This document shows, one piece after another, positions 27,140 to 36,840 of a stretch of DNA of 47,952 bases. Each line of letters starts with the position of its first letter. Position 1 is the stretch's first letter. The DNA comes from Candidatus Omnitrophota bacterium (GTDB lineage: Bacteria > Omnitrophota > Gorgyraeia > Gygaellales > Profunditerraquicolaceae), in contig JBHPDM010000005.1 in the NCBI GenBank assembly GCA_042577285.1, forward strand, positions 1 through 47,952, in the 5' to 3' direction. Both the position numbers and the translations under genes were made by a program. The notes under the pieces are model-generated. The model was given only the letters and a program-made list of their open reading frames with translations. It was not told where the DNA came from and made no database searches.

Positions 27140-27150
27140 ACGGAGTGATG

Positions 27151-27918
27151 ATGAAAAAAATATCAATTATCGTTTTATTATCGGCCGTAACAATAATCAC
27201 GCTCAGCTATTATAAACACAGCGAATACAAAAGCGTAGCCTATAGTCTGGCTATCCAGCCCAAGCTGCAGTCGGGGGACCTAAAGTACAGGATCTACCTT
27301 TTTGGTATATTCCCTGTTGGAGAGGCGGTATTCAGCGATCAGGGGATCAAGGAGCTTAATGGTGTACGAGTCCGTCATCTAACTGCCAGCGCTAGCAGTT
27401 CTACGATTTTTTCCAGTTTCTTTAGCGCCCAGGCGCTATTAGATTCATTTCTTGACTTGCAGGATGAAAATCCCTTATTGTTCAGGCAGAGGCTTTCAGT
27501 CACCGGAAAAGAGGATTCCTTAAAGGAGATAACATATGATCAAAAGCAGCAGGTGATGACCCTTGAGGGGGTGCGCAGGGAGATCCTTCCCGGGACACAA
27601 GATCCGCTTTCGGCGATGTTCAGATTGCGCGGGATGGATTTTGATAAGTCAAATAAGATCAAGATGAATATCAATACTAACCAGAAGAATTACCTTTTGG
27701 AGGGTACTGCAGAAGAGAGGACTCTGTCGCTGGTAGGAGAGAGATGTAAATTGATCACGGCAAAAGCGCAGATCCGAAGAAGGGACAAGAATCCTTACCA
27801 TAAATCGATGGTCTCCTTCGTATTATTTAAGGGTGGAGAGAACGTCCCTGTTTTGATCAAGGTCTTTGCCAGCGGAGTAATGATCACCGCAAAACTCAGC
27901 GATCCATATTTAGAATGA
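27151..27918 (+). CDS. DUF3108-like exported protein
   Basis: N-terminal signal/anchor; GDLKYRI..FGIFPVGEA, TQDPLSAMFRLR, VPVLIKV; GGAG SD at 27142. Confidence 0.7.
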   Translation: MKKISIIVLLSAVTIITLSYYKHSEYKSVAYSLAIQPKLQSGDLKYRIYLFGIFPVGEAVFSDQGIKELNGVRVRHLTASASSSTIFSSFFSAQALLDSFLDLQDENPLLFRQRLSVTGKEDSLKEITYDQKQQVMTLEGVRREILPGTQDPLSAMFRLRGMDFDKSNKIKMNINTNQKNYLLEGTAEERTLSLVGERCKLITAKAQIRRRDKNPYHKSMVSFVLFKGGENVPVLIKVFASGVMITAKLSDPYLE

Positions 27919-29948
27919 TTGCCTTTTTGTTCTTAAATCTATCGGCAGCATTATCCTCGTTTTTGATTGTAAGGAGGATTTTTCGGATCAAGGGGATCAT
28001 AGATTTTTTGATCTCTTGCTTTTTGATCTATCTTGCCCAGATAATAATCAGTGAGCTTGCCTTGGGTATTCTGGGGAGGCTTTATCTTAAGAATATAATC
28101 CTTGTGCAGGTCTTTATCCTTGCGGGGGTATGGTTAAGCGTACGCAGGGACAATGCCTTGCCCGGCACGGTTAGCCCCGGCGTTTCCCTGAGCGGCCTTT
28201 TAAGGAATAAACTGATCCTCGCCGGGGCATCATTGATATTAGGCTTTGCCCTGGTTAAGATCTCTATAAACCTGGTCAATCCGCCCTTTGGCTGGGATTC
28301 TTTAAATTATCACTTTAGTTTTCCTGTCGAATGGATCAAGAATGTAAACCTTAATACTCCGATTACCGTCTTTGACGATCCGGCACCGTCATATTATCCG
28401 ATAAACGGCAGCCTCTTCTTTTTATGGTTGATCTTTCCCTTAAGAAGCGTATTTCTGGCTGATCTTGGACAGGTTCCCTTCTTTATATTGGGTTTTTTAT
28501 CTATCTATTCCTTGGGGAGAAAACTGGAACTTTCCAGGGAGTATGCACTGCTTGCTGCCTGTTTATTCACCCTGATCCCCAATTATTTTAAACAGTTGGA
28601 GATCGCCTATGTCGATGTAATGGTCAGTGGGTTGTTCTTCGCTGCTATCAATTTCCTTTTTGCGCTAAAAAAAGATTTTTCCCTAAAGGATTCTTTATTA
28701 TTTGGTTTAAGTCTGGGATTGCTTATCGGTACTAAGACCGTGGCCCTGCCGTTTGCGCTGCTTCTGGTGCCGGTATTTCTTTATCTGGCCTTAGCCAAGC
28801 TTAAGAAGTTTTATCTTCTGCTGATCGTTTTCGCCTGCGTAGTTTTCTTCGGCGGTTTTAGCTATATTAGAAATCTACTTGATACCGGAAACCCTCTTTA
28901 CCCGATAGATATCAGGTTGATGGGTTTTCGGATCTTAAAAGGAGTAGTCGCTCCTGCCTCATACGGGGCGCATTTTCGCCCGGAGGATTACCGTTTGAGT
29001 AAATTGTTGTTCCACGAGGGGTTGGGGGTTCAGACTATTATATTTATATTGCCTTCGATGTTTTTGGCGCTGCCGTCTGTGCTACGCAGGAAGAGAAAGT
29101 CTCTTGACTTCTCTTTGGGGTATTTTCTTATTCTGCCCTTATTATTGTATCTGGTGTACAGGTTTGTGATCCCCCTTGCCAATGCAAGGTATCTTTATTC
29201 TTTGCTTGGGGTCGGTATGATCTGTGCTTTTTATACATTTGAAACACTCAAAGTTCCTAAGCGGGTAATCAGAGTTTTGGTAGCCGTATGTTTACTTGCT
29301 TCGATCTCGGAGTTAGCTTCTCACTGGGAGCTGGTATCGTCTCTGATAATAAGTGCGCTGGTTGCCGCATTCTTGTGGTTTTCCTTTAAGCAGAGGCTCG
29401 TCCTCTCTTTATTTGTGGCTGCGGCTCTTGTTATTTTACCGCTCTTGGAGGGGGATTACATAAGAAATGAATTCCCCAGGTATATCAGCTCCCAGGAGTA
29501 CTCGGGGTTCTGGCCGGATGCGACCAGCGCCTGGAAGTGGCTTAATCAGAATACGCAAGGCAATAATATCGCCTATGCCGGCAGGCCGGTTCCTTTTCCG
29601 CTATACGGGACGAATTTCAAAAACAACGTCTATTACGCTTCAGTTAATAGGACAGATCCGGCAAAACTGCACTATTTCCCCGAAGGCTATTACCGCTGGG
29701 GGCATGATTTCATAAGCCAGCATCAGAGCTTCCGTGAAGATGGCAATTATCGCGGCGGAGCTGATTATCGCGTTTGGTTAGAGAATCTCGACAGGCGCGG
29801 CACCGATTATGTATTCATTTATTCTCTCCATCAGACTGAAGAGATCGATTTCCCGATTGAGGAAGACTGGGCGAGAGAAGACCGCAAGAGATTTACCCGG
29901 GTATTCACCAATGCTACGGTGCGGATATACAAGTTGAAGAAAGGTTAA
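27915..29948 (+). CDS. GT-C fold (ArnT/PMT-like) polytopic membrane glycosyltransferase
   Basis: PPFGWDSLNYH, YYPINGS, AYVD, GTK, YIRNLLDTGNPLYP, NARY; many TM segments plus C-terminal soluble domain. Confidence 0.75.
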   Translation: MIAFLFLNLSAALSSFLIVRRIFRIKGIIDFLISCFLIYLAQIIISELALGILGRLYLKNIILVQVFILAGVWLSVRRDNALPGTVSPGVSLSGLLRNKLILAGASLILGFALVKISINLVNPPFGWDSLNYHFSFPVEWIKNVNLNTPITVFDDPAPSYYPINGSLFFLWLIFPLRSVFLADLGQVPFFILGFLSIYSLGRKLELSREYALLAACLFTLIPNYFKQLEIAYVDVMVSGLFFAAINFLFALKKDFSLKDSLLFGLSLGLLIGTKTVALPFALLLVPVFLYLALAKLKKFYLLLIVFACVVFFGGFSYIRNLLDTGNPLYPIDIRLMGFRILKGVVAPASYGAHFRPEDYRLSKLLFHEGLGVQTIIFILPSMFLALPSVLRRKRKSLDFSLGYFLILPLLLYLVYRFVIPLANARYLYSLLGVGMICAFYTFETLKVPKRVIRVLVAVCLLASISELASHWELVSSLIISALVAAFLWFSFKQRLVLSLFVAAALVILPLLEGDYIRNEFPRYISSQEYSGFWPDATSAWKWLNQNTQGNNIAYAGRPVPFPLYGTNFKNNVYYASVNRTDPAKLHYFPEGYYRWGHDFISQHQSFREDGNYRGGADYRVWLENLDRRGTDYVFIYSLHQTEEIDFPIEEDWAREDRKRFTRVFTNATVRIYKLKKG

Positions 29949-29955
29949 AACTGCC

Positions 29956-30642
29956 ATGTCTTTACTTTCTGTAGTAGTACCGGTTTACAATGAGGCAGGG
30001 ACGATCCGAGAGATCCTGCGAAAGATTGCTCGGGTAGATATCGATAAAGAGATAATCGTCGTCGATAATTGTTCGACCGACGGCACACAAGGCATATTGC
30101 AGGAGATCTTAAAAGGGGGGGAGTTCTCCCGGATCAGAGCAATATATCATTCTTATAATAAGGGAAAGGGTGAGTCAGTCAGGGAGGGGATCAATGAATC
30201 CCGGGGAGATTTTGTGGTGATCCAGGATGCTGACCTTGAATATGACCCAAAGGAATATCTTAACTTGATAAAGCCGCTTTTAGGGGTCCGGGCGGATATA
30301 GTATTAGGCGCGCGCTTTACCTCAGGACATAGAGGGCTTGCCCTACACAGGTTGGGTAACAAATTCTTAACCGGATTCTTGAATTTCCTTTTCGCCAGCC
30401 GGCTTAATGATTATGCCACCTGCTATAAGATGAGCCGCCGCAATACGCTTCTTGAGCTGGGGCTAAGCTCATCTGGGTTCGACATAGAGGTTGAAATCGT
30501 CTGTAAGGCGCTCAAAAAAGGATTACGCATCCAAGAGGTGCCGATATCCTATTATCCGCGCAGTTACAGCCAGGGTAAGAAGATCAGGTGGCTTGACGGG
30601 CTCAAGGCGATAATCAGTATTATAAAGTACCGCATTATATAG
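29956..30642 (+). CDS. GT2 polyprenol-phosphate glycosyltransferase (DPM1-like)
   Basis: VPVYNE, NKGKG, IQDADLEYDP, GARF, D.ATCYK, FDIEVEI, PISYYPR...GKKI.W.DG. Confidence 0.9.
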   Translation: MSLLSVVVPVYNEAGTIREILRKIARVDIDKEIIVVDNCSTDGTQGILQEILKGGEFSRIRAIYHSYNKGKGESVREGINESRGDFVVIQDADLEYDPKEYLNLIKPLLGVRADIVLGARFTSGHRGLALHRLGNKFLTGFLNFLFASRLNDYATCYKMSRRNTLLELGLSSSGFDIEVEIVCKALKKGLRIQEVPISYYPRSYSQGKKIRWLDGLKAIISIIKYRII

Positions 30643-30656
30643 GAGGGAGGCGAGGT

Positions 30657-31901
30657 TTGAAAAGAAGATCGATCCTGATCATCGACTTTGTCATTTATTG
30701 GTCGATTATTATCGTTCCTTTCTCAATGGCTATATCGATTGCCGCGATGAATGTGTTCGCCGGGTTCCTGCTCGTAGGCTTCCTGATCAAGAAGGCGATC
30801 AAGAAAGAGGCTTTATTTAACAAGACGGCGCTAAATAAGCCGTTATTGATCCTCTTTGCGATCACCGTATTATCGCTGTTTAATACGATAGATCTTACTG
30901 ATTCACTTAAAGGGGGAGTCTTTAAGCTCCTGCGTTATATCCTGGTATTCTTTATTATTCTTCAGGAGTTAAAGGATGCTAAGCATGCAAGGAGGGCCGT
31001 TTTCTCGATGGTCTTTGGTGTTGTTTTTGCTTCACTTGACGGGATCTGGCAGGTCGCAACCGGACATGATTTTGTAAGGGGTTACGAGCCGATCATCAAC
31101 CTTGGCTTAGTCCGGGCCACAGCCTCATTTAAGGATGCAAATACATTCGGCATTTATCTCAGCGCTATCGCCCCGTTATTATTAGGGATGACGCTTTTTT
31201 ATTTTAAGCGCCGGGCGCGGGCGTTATTCATTGCTTTAAGCCTGTTAGTCCTGCTTGCTGCGCTATTGACTTATTCGCGACCTACGCTTTTAGCTCTGTA
31301 TGTTGCCTTATTTTTTCTGGCTATTGCCAGAAAAAATAAGGGGATGATCATTTTTTTGGTCATTCTTACGTTACTTTCACCGTTTCTGCTTCCTGCTTCG
31401 ATCAAGGAGTGGGCGGGCAAAGTAGAATATAATCCGATCAGATTCATGTGTAATGATGACCGGATCGCGATCTACCAGCATTCATTCAATATGATAAAAG
31501 CGCATCCTCTGCTCGGGGTGGGGGCAAACACCTATATGAAAAACTATAGATTTTACAAAAATTCCCCGGAGTACCGCAATATCGTGACCTCGGATTATAT
31601 ATATGCCCACAATAACTTTCTGCACATGGCCGCAGAGATCGGATTAGCGGGGTTAGCGGTTTTCTTTTGGCTGCTTTATCAGCTTTTTAGGCAGGGGGTA
31701 AATATTTACCGCAAGCTTCAGGATGATTATTTACGGGTGCTTTCTCTTTCCCTGTCAGCCTGCCTGATCGCATTTTTGATCAATGGATTGACCGAGAGCA
31801 GCCTATATTACTCAAGGGTATCCTTATTATTCTGGTACCTGGCAGGTTTTTCAATCGCGCTAAAGAAGTTTAGTGATGCAGACAGAGCAAAAAACAGTTA
31901 A
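30657..31901 (+). CDS. Second O-antigen ligase (WaaL)-family membrane protein
   Basis: TTG start with AGGAGGGAGG SD; RATASFKDANTFGIYL, TYSR, HPLLGVGANTY, AHNNFLHMAAEIGLAG. Confidence 0.88.
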   Translation: MKRRSILIIDFVIYWSIIIVPFSMAISIAAMNVFAGFLLVGFLIKKAIKKEALFNKTALNKPLLILFAITVLSLFNTIDLTDSLKGGVFKLLRYILVFFIILQELKDAKHARRAVFSMVFGVVFASLDGIWQVATGHDFVRGYEPIINLGLVRATASFKDANTFGIYLSAIAPLLLGMTLFYFKRRARALFIALSLLVLLAALLTYSRPTLLALYVALFFLAIARKNKGMIIFLVILTLLSPFLLPASIKEWAGKVEYNPIRFMCNDDRIAIYQHSFNMIKAHPLLGVGANTYMKNYRFYKNSPEYRNIVTSDYIYAHNNFLHMAAEIGLAGLAVFFWLLYQLFRQGVNIYRKLQDDYLRVLSLSLSACLIAFLINGLTESSLYYSRVSLLFWYLAGFSIALKKFSDADRAKNS

Positions 31902-32862
31902 AAATATACTGGTAGTACGAAATGACCGCTTCGGGGAGTTTCTTTTAAATATCCCTGCCCTGAGGGCGTTAAGAGAGAACTTTCCTAAGGCTAGAATCAT
32001 CGCGGCAGTCGATCCTTATGTTATGGGTCTTGCTGAACGAGTGCCTTTTATAGATCAGGTAATCGGATGGGGTACAAGAGGCAATGGCTTCTTTGCTAAG
32101 ATAGGTTTGATCAGGGTCCTGCAAAAGATACGTCCGGATATCGCAGTGATCTTAAACCCCTCAAAAGAGCTTAATCTAGCTACATTTTCAGCCGGTATCC
32201 CGGTAAGGGTAGGCTATGACAGGAAGTGGGGTTTTTTACTCAACCGCAAGATTAAAGACCGCAAGCATCTCGGTGAAAAGCATGAAGTAGAATATAATCT
32301 TGAACTGGTATCGCTTTTGGGCGCAGCCACAGAGGACAGTTCTTTGCTCATTTCTATAGAGGATACACTGATCGATGACCTGCTTAAGAGTTTTAATATC
32401 TCAGGCCAGGCTGGCCTGGTTGCCCTGCACCCCTGGACAAGTGATCCGGCAAAGCAGTGGCCGCAGGAGAGATTCCGCGAATTAGCCGGCAGGCTTTCCG
32501 GGGTGGATGATCTAAAGCTTCTGATCATCGGCGGAAGAGAGGCAAAGAGTGAGAGCCTTCAAGTTTACTCTAGCTTAGCGCCAGGGGTAGTTGATCTTAC
32601 AGGCAGGACTTCGCTTGTGCAATCAGCGGCGCTGCTGAAGAGATGCAGATTATTGATCTCCGGAGACAGCGGCCCGGTGCATCTTGCCTGTGCCGTAAAT
32701 ACACCGGTTATTGCACTCTTTGGCGGTGATATCCCGGCAAAGGCCTCAAAGAGATGGGGGCCATGGGGGGAAGGTAATTGCGTGATCGAGAAGGACAGAT
32801 TATCCAACATAACTGTAGAAGAGGTCTTTTACAGAGTCAAGGAGGTGTTAAAGAGAGTATGA
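31876..32862 (+). CDS. Glycosyltransferase family 9 (LPS heptosyltransferase-like)
   Basis: RNDRFGEFLL.IP, KQWP, DLTGRTSL, DSGPVHLACA, WGPWG. Confidence 0.9.
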   Translation: MQTEQKTVKNILVVRNDRFGEFLLNIPALRALRENFPKARIIAAVDPYVMGLAERVPFIDQVIGWGTRGNGFFAKIGLIRVLQKIRPDIAVILNPSKELNLATFSAGIPVRVGYDRKWGFLLNRKIKDRKHLGEKHEVEYNLELVSLLGAATEDSSLLISIEDTLIDDLLKSFNISGQAGLVALHPWTSDPAKQWPQERFRELAGRLSGVDDLKLLIIGGREAKSESLQVYSSLAPGVVDLTGRTSLVQSAALLKRCRLLISGDSGPVHLACAVNTPVIALFGGDIPAKASKRWGPWGEGNCVIEKDRLSNITVEEVFYRVKEVLKRV

Positions 32863-33905
32863 ATTATGCCATTATCTTAGCAGGAGGTAGGGGTACCCGC
32901 TTTTGGCCTTTAAGCAGAAAAAGACTGCCTAAACAGTTCTTGCGGATCAATGAAGGAAAGAGCCTTCTTTCGGCTACTCTCGGGCGTCTGAGCGGGGTGA
33001 TCGCAGATAAGAACATATTTATCGTCACTAACCGCGCATACCTAAAAGAGGCAAAAAAACATCTAAGGGGTGCAGGGATACCTGCGCAAAATTTCATACT
33101 CGAACCGTACCCCTTGAATACTCTGCCTGCGATCTCTGCCTGTGCCAAATTAATAATGCTTAAGGACGCCGGGGCAAAGCTTTTAGTCCTGCCTTCTGAT
33201 CATTATATCAAGGGCAGGAATGAGTTTAAGAAGACGATGCTAGAAGCATTGAAGATCTCATCTGAAGGAGGTCTGTGTTTGATCGGTATCAAGCCGGGCA
33301 AATTACACCTGGGCTACGGATATATACAGACTGCGCGAAAGAAGAGCAGGGGCGTTTATTATGTCGGATCTTTCATTGAGAAACCCACGGTCAATAGGGC
33401 GAGGCGCCTTTTACGCGGGAAAGATATTTTTTGGAATTCGGGAATTTTTTGTTTTCAGGCAAAAGCGATATTAAGGGAGATAAGTAAATACCAGCCCCGC
33501 CTTAGCGCGCAGATCAGCAGGGTAAGATCTAAGGCCGATGTAGCGAGAGTCTGGGACAAGATCAGGCCAGTCTCCATTGACTACGGGGTCCTTGAGAGGT
33601 CTGACAACTTGATGATCATAGCGGCAAAATTCAGTTGGTGCGACTTAGGCAGTTGGGAGACGCTTTCAGAAGTGCTGCAGAGCGATTCCCGGGGTAATAT
33701 AGTCATGTCAGATAGCCTTAGCTTAGACTGCAGTAATAACTTGTTATATTCGCAGGGTAACAGGCGCCTGATCGCTACCGTGGGAATAAGCGATACGGTG
33801 ATTATCGATACCCCGGATGCGCTTTTAGTCTGCAGGAAGGAAAGATCCCAGGATGTAAAGCGGCTGGTAGAGCTTTTGAAGAAGAAGAGAAGAGATTGTG
33901 TCTAA
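32859..33905 (+). CDS. manC: Mannose-1-phosphate guanylyltransferase
   Basis: ILAGGRGTRFWPLSR..PKQFL, EP..NT.PAI, PSDH, GYGYI, FIEKP, WNSGIF, SIDYGVLE, WCDLGSW; ATGA overlap; no cupin PMI domain. Confidence 0.92.
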   Translation: MNYAIILAGGRGTRFWPLSRKRLPKQFLRINEGKSLLSATLGRLSGVIADKNIFIVTNRAYLKEAKKHLRGAGIPAQNFILEPYPLNTLPAISACAKLIMLKDAGAKLLVLPSDHYIKGRNEFKKTMLEALKISSEGGLCLIGIKPGKLHLGYGYIQTARKKSRGVYYVGSFIEKPTVNRARRLLRGKDIFWNSGIFCFQAKAILREISKYQPRLSAQISRVRSKADVARVWDKIRPVSIDYGVLERSDNLMIIAAKFSWCDLGSWETLSEVLQSDSRGNIVMSDSLSLDCSNNLLYSQGNRRLIATVGISDTVIIDTPDALLVCRKERSQDVKRLVELLKKKRRDCV

Positions 33906-34959
33906 GAGGATTTTAATCGTCAATCCTTTCGGGATCGGGGATGTTTTGTTTACCACGCCGTTGGTCAGGGCGCTGAAGGATAACCTTCCCGGTGTTTCGA
34001 TCGGCTACTGGTGTAATGAACGGGTAAGCGGCCTTTTGGGGTGTAATACAAGGATCGATAGGATATTTGCCCTATCAAGGGGGGACCTTAAAAAGAAGCC
34101 TGCCCTCTCGGCGGCTAAAAGCTTTCTTGCTTTAGTCAGCGCGCTCAAAAAAGAAAAGTTTGACACCGCCTTTGATTTCTCTCTGGATCACCGCTACGGG
34201 CTCTTGACAAAGCTGATCGGGGTAAAGAGGCGCATAGGTTACAATTACAGGAACCGCGGGAGGTTCCTTACTGAGAAGATCGATCTTGAAGGATACGCTG
34301 ATAAGCACATAATAGAATATTATCTGGATTTATTAAAGATTACCGATATAATAGCACAAGACCGGCGGATGGAATTATCTGTGCCGCAGGACTTTAAATC
34401 GAAAGCAAAAGACCTGCTTCTACCTGCAAGATCAAAGAGCGGCAGACTCGTGGGTATACTTCCGGGAGCCGGAGCAAGCTGGGGTAGGGATGCGCATTTT
34501 AAGCACTGGCCGGCCGCAAAGTTTGGCCAGCTGGCAGATTGCCTGATCAAAGAATCTGGGGCGCAAGTTGTCCTGCTTGGCGATCAGTCCGAGAAGCAGA
34601 TCGGTGAAGTCCTGATCAAGAGCTCACAGAGCGAAGTGTTGAATTTGATCGGCAGGACAAGTATCGGTGAACTAACCGCGGTTATTAACGAATTAGATCT
34701 TTTGATCACAAATGACGGAGGCCCGCTGCATATCGCAGTCGCCCTGGGCAAGAAGACGATTTCTTTCTTCGGGCCTGTCGATGCAAAGGTTTACGGTCCC
34801 TACCCTGCGGATACCGGGCGGCATATCGTATTGAAGAAGGGCCTTGATTGCAGTCCCTGCTATACTAAATTCCGCTTAAGGGAATGTCTTAGGGATAGGG
34901 AGTGTCTGGAGGGTATTACAGTGGGCGAAGCATCAGAGGCGGCGAGGCGCTTATCATGA
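33898..34959 (+). CDS. Glycosyltransferase family 9 (heptosyltransferase II-like)
   Basis: GTG start; GIGDVLFTTP, PGAG, KHWP, TNDGGPLHIA, FGP, CSPC..C..C tail. Confidence 0.9.
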   Translation: MSKRILIVNPFGIGDVLFTTPLVRALKDNLPGVSIGYWCNERVSGLLGCNTRIDRIFALSRGDLKKKPALSAAKSFLALVSALKKEKFDTAFDFSLDHRYGLLTKLIGVKRRIGYNYRNRGRFLTEKIDLEGYADKHIIEYYLDLLKITDIIAQDRRMELSVPQDFKSKAKDLLLPARSKSGRLVGILPGAGASWGRDAHFKHWPAAKFGQLADCLIKESGAQVVLLGDQSEKQIGEVLIKSSQSEVLNLIGRTSIGELTAVINELDLLITNDGGPLHIAVALGKKTISFFGPVDAKVYGPYPADTGRHIVLKKGLDCSPCYTKFRLRECLRDRECLEGITVGEASEAARRLS

Positions 34960-36086
34960 AAAAGAATATGAAGAAGATACCGATCTTAGACCTTAAGAAA
35001 CAGATCAAACCCCTGCGCAGCCAGATCGACCGGGCGATCGGTAGGGTGATCGATAACGTGGATTTCATCTTCAGTAAACAGACAGAGAAGTTGGAAGAGG
35101 AGATCTGTGCCTATTCTAAGGCAAGGTTTGCTGTTGCGGTATCTAACGGAACCGATGCGATCAGGCTATCACTGCTTTCTTTAGGCGTCAAAGAGGGCGA
35201 TGCGGTGATCTGCCCTGCTTTTACTTATTATGCTACCGCAGGTGCAATCGCAGGGATCGGAGCTATCCCGGTGTTTGCCGATATAGACCCGGATACATAT
35301 AATCTTTCTCTAGCGCATCTAAAGCGGGCGATCAAAAGATATAAGAGGCCTGGTCTTAAAGCAGTGCTTCCGGTGCATCTCTACGGGCAGTGCGCGGATA
35401 TGGATCCGATAACAAGGATCGCTAAAAAGTACAGATTAAAAGTTGTCGAGGATGCTGCGCAGGCATTCGGAGCCGGATATAAAGGGAAGAAAGCAGGCAC
35501 AATCGGCGACTGCGGGGCTTTAAGCTTCTTCCCGGGCAAGAACCTGGGGGCTTTCGGAGACGCCGGGATGGTTTTGACCAACAATAAGACTCTTTACAAG
35601 AGGCTGAAGATCCTGCGTAATCAGGGGGACAGAAAGAAGTACGACCATTCGATGATCGGCTATAACAATAGGATGGATACTATTCAATCGGTAGTATTGA
35701 GGCTCAAACTTAAATATCTTGATCAATGGAATAGAAAGAGGCGCAGGAATGCCGGTTACTATGACCGATCTCTTAAGGATCTGGCGATCAGGACTCCCTC
35801 TGTGCCGCAATATAATTTGCATATCTACCATCAGTATGTGTTGCGCCTTCCGGGTTCAAGCAGCGGCCTGATCAGGCACCTGCAGAAGAAAGGAATAGAT
35901 GCGCGCAGCTATTATCCTAAACCGCTACACCTGCAGGAGTGTTTTAAGTACCTCGGATATAAGAGGGGAGATTTTCCGGAATCAGAAAAGGCTTCTGCCT
36001 CGACCCTGGCGATACCGGTATATCCGGATCTGACCAAGGGAGAATTAGGTTATATCGCAAAAACAATAAAGGAATTCTTAAGATGA
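34956..36086 (+). CDS. DegT/DnrJ/EryC1/StrS PLP-dependent sugar aminotransferase
   Basis: SNGTDA, PVHLYGQ, EDAAQAFGA, SFFPGKNLGAFGDAG, GYNNRMD, YHQY. Confidence 0.93.
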   Translation: MKKNMKKIPILDLKKQIKPLRSQIDRAIGRVIDNVDFIFSKQTEKLEEEICAYSKARFAVAVSNGTDAIRLSLLSLGVKEGDAVICPAFTYYATAGAIAGIGAIPVFADIDPDTYNLSLAHLKRAIKRYKRPGLKAVLPVHLYGQCADMDPITRIAKKYRLKVVEDAAQAFGAGYKGKKAGTIGDCGALSFFPGKNLGAFGDAGMVLTNNKTLYKRLKILRNQGDRKKYDHSMIGYNNRMDTIQSVVLRLKLKYLDQWNRKRRRNAGYYDRSLKDLAIRTPSVPQYNLHIYHQYVLRLPGSSSGLIRHLQKKGIDARSYYPKPLHLQECFKYLGYKRGDFPESEKASASTLAIPVYPDLTKGELGYIAKTIKEFLR

Positions 36087-36838
36087 GCAACCTGTCGGTA
36101 GTTGTTTTAACGAAGAATGAGGAGTCACGCATCGCTAAATGCCTGGAATCAGTGAAGTGGGCGGATGAGATCATCGTAGTAGACGACGAGAGCCAGGATA
36201 AGACTGCGGAGATCTGCCGCCGTTATACGGATAAGGTATTCATAAGGAAGATGGATATCGAGGGCAGGCACAGGAATTGGGCTTATGCTAAGGCAAAGAA
36301 TCCCTGGGTCTTAAGCCTGGACGCCGATGAGTCAGTCACACCGGAACTGAAGTCAGAGATCGAAGAGACCATCAGGAGCCAGGTCCCGGAGAATGGATTT
36401 ACCATACCGCGCAGGAATTATATCGGAGATTACTGGGTCAGATACGGAGGCTGGTATCCCAGTCCTCAGCTTAAACTCTTTAAGAGGGATAAATTCCGCT
36501 ATGAGGAGGTCGGGGTGCACCCGCGCGCCTTTATGGACGATCCCTGCGGCCATTTAAAGTCGGATATCATCCATTATTCTTACAGGGATATCTCTGATTT
36601 TGTGAGTAAGCTTAATAATCAGACTACCCGCGAGGCAGAAAAATGGTACGGGCAGAATAAACCGATGCGGCTGGGTAGATTCCTCTGGCGGAGCTTCGAT
36701 AGATTTATGCGCACCTACGTCAGGAGAAAGGGTTACCGCGACGGCTTTTTAGGATTTGTAATCGCCTATTTTGCCGCACTCTACCAGTTCTTAAGCTATC
36801 TTAAATACCGCGAGATAGTCAAGTGCGGAAAAAAATAA
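36083..36838 (+). CDS. GT2 beta-1,4-glucosyltransferase-like (LPS core WaaE/KdtX-type)
   Basis: TKNEE, CLESVKWADEIIVVD, WVLSLDADE, GGWYP, GYRDGFLG. Confidence 0.88.
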   Translation: MSNLSVVVLTKNEESRIAKCLESVKWADEIIVVDDESQDKTAEICRRYTDKVFIRKMDIEGRHRNWAYAKAKNPWVLSLDADESVTPELKSEIEETIRSQVPENGFTIPRRNYIGDYWVRYGGWYPSPQLKLFKRDKFRYEEVGVHPRAFMDDPCGHLKSDIIHYSYRDISDFVSKLNNQTTREAEKWYGQNKPMRLGRFLWRSFDRFMRTYVRRKGYRDGFLGFVIAYFAALYQFLSYLKYREIVKCGKK

Positions 36839-36840
36839 CG

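Noticed and set aside
26921-27150. Track starts at 26921 and 27037 (also 32778, 34902, 36823) giving long overlaps
   Set aside because: Downstream ATGs (26981, 27151, 32859, 34956, 36841) fit family N-termini and stop/start coupling better.
30115-30121. G7 tract in the DPM1-like GT2 (also A8 at 15449 and 16763, T8 at 18581) as phase-variation switches
   Set aside because: Tracts are short, the genes are in frame, and A/T runs are expected in AT-rich DNA; there is no evidence without reads.
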